Below, piece after piece: positions 23,644-24,000 of a stretch of 24,000 nucleotides of DNA. The notes below the pieces were generated by a model that saw only the letters and a program-made list of their open reading frames with translations, had not been told where the DNA came from and ran no database searches. This DNA is from Macrococcus epidermidis (GTDB lineage Bacteria; Bacillota; Bacilli; Staphylococcales; Staphylococcaceae): the NCBI RefSeq assembly GCF_042659445.1, contig NZ_JBHSSR010000013.1. One strand, written 5' to 3'. A program made the position numbers and the translations under genes. How positions within the stretch are numbered: the stretch's first letter is position 1; each line of letters starts with the position of its first letter.

Positions 23644-24000
23644 TTACAATTCATATTTTATATGAACTGTTTTTTTTATAAAGTTTTTAGCATTATTAAA
23701 TCTCTTCTGTTCATCATCTGATAAATGGATATCATATACTTGAACGATGCCCTCATCGTTAATTAATGTAGGTAAACTAATAGCAACTTGCTCTTTTTGA
23801 TTAAGTGAAGTCAAAGGAAAAATACTTTTTTCGTTGAGCACAATACTTCTAATGATTTCCACCGTTGATTTTGAAATAGCTGCGTTCGTCCATCCTTTAT
23901 TCCTTAATACATTAAATGATACTTGGTCAATCTGTTCACCAATAAAATCTTTATCTATTCTTTCTTTGCCTGAAATACCTTCAAATTCATCTAGAGTCAT
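23644..24000 (-). CDS. C-terminal part of a lactate/malate-dehydrogenase-family protein (5' end probably beyond the window)
   Basis: The layout matches the LDH C-terminal domain (compare S. aureus Ldh ...[34 protein letters not shown]...) but is divergent: VLRNKGWTNAAISKSTVEIIRSIVLNEKSIFPLTS. The Met at 24000 is probably internal. Confidence 0.5.
   Translation of the reverse strand: MTLDEFEGISGKERIDKDFIGEQIDQVSFNVLRNKGWTNAAISKSTVEIIRSIVLNEKSIFPLTSLNQKEQVAISLPTLINDEGIVQVYDIHLSDDEQKRFNNAKNFIKKTVHIKYEL

Noticed and set aside
1-24000. Search for CRISPR arrays, tRNA/rRNA genes, IS elements, integrases, phage modules or known multi-gene defence systems
   Set aside because: I saw no regularly spaced direct repeats, no cloverleaf-like or rRNA-like segments, and no transposase/recombinase-like translations. 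The only repeat family found is the two-copy ~80-nt element. The CPBP 'Abi' name is historical and is not evidence for abortive infection.

Overview
This is a low-GC (roughly 30%) Firmicute chromosomal window. Protein blocks recalled from S. aureus CrtM/N/O/P, Fni and GuaC suggest Staphylococcaceae; this is from memory, since no search was possible. The left edge (1-4856, minus strand) is a staphyloxanthin-type C30 carotenoid operon in an unusual order, crtO-fni-crtN-crtM-crtP, with a type-2 IPP isomerase embedded and a sigma-B-like promoter. The right part (19349-24000) is mostly housekeeping: guaC, an exported protein with three tandem repeats, a DUF418 membrane protein, msrA and a partial LDH-like gene. 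Between them lies about 13.8 kb of accessory-looking genes, bracketed by two same-orientation copies of an ~80-nt intergenic repeat (5346-5428 and 19169-19251). This segment contains: a membrane-tethered XRE regulator plus CPBP intramembrane protease pair; a YjdF/DUF2992 gene with a candidate yjdF-type riboswitch; a convergent VOC (bleomycin-resistance-like) and APH(3')-like pair; a T-box-controlled ThrRS whose core motifs look proteobacterial-type; MepB; an overlapping GATase/esterase pair; an E. coli-type Fe-S DinG helicase behind an extended -10 promoter and a perfect GAAC-N4-GTTC LexA box; and two small operons for exported proteins, including an S1B serine protease with a GW/SH3b-like tail. 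I found no tRNA, rRNA, CRISPR array, transposase or integrase. No gene set here matches a defence or secretion system I can name. The most promising unexplained items are the repeat-bracketed segment, the SOS-boxed Fe-S DinG, the XRE-TM/CPBP pair, the atypical ThrRS and the exported-protein/protease cluster. All homology statements come from reading the translations and need database confirmation.
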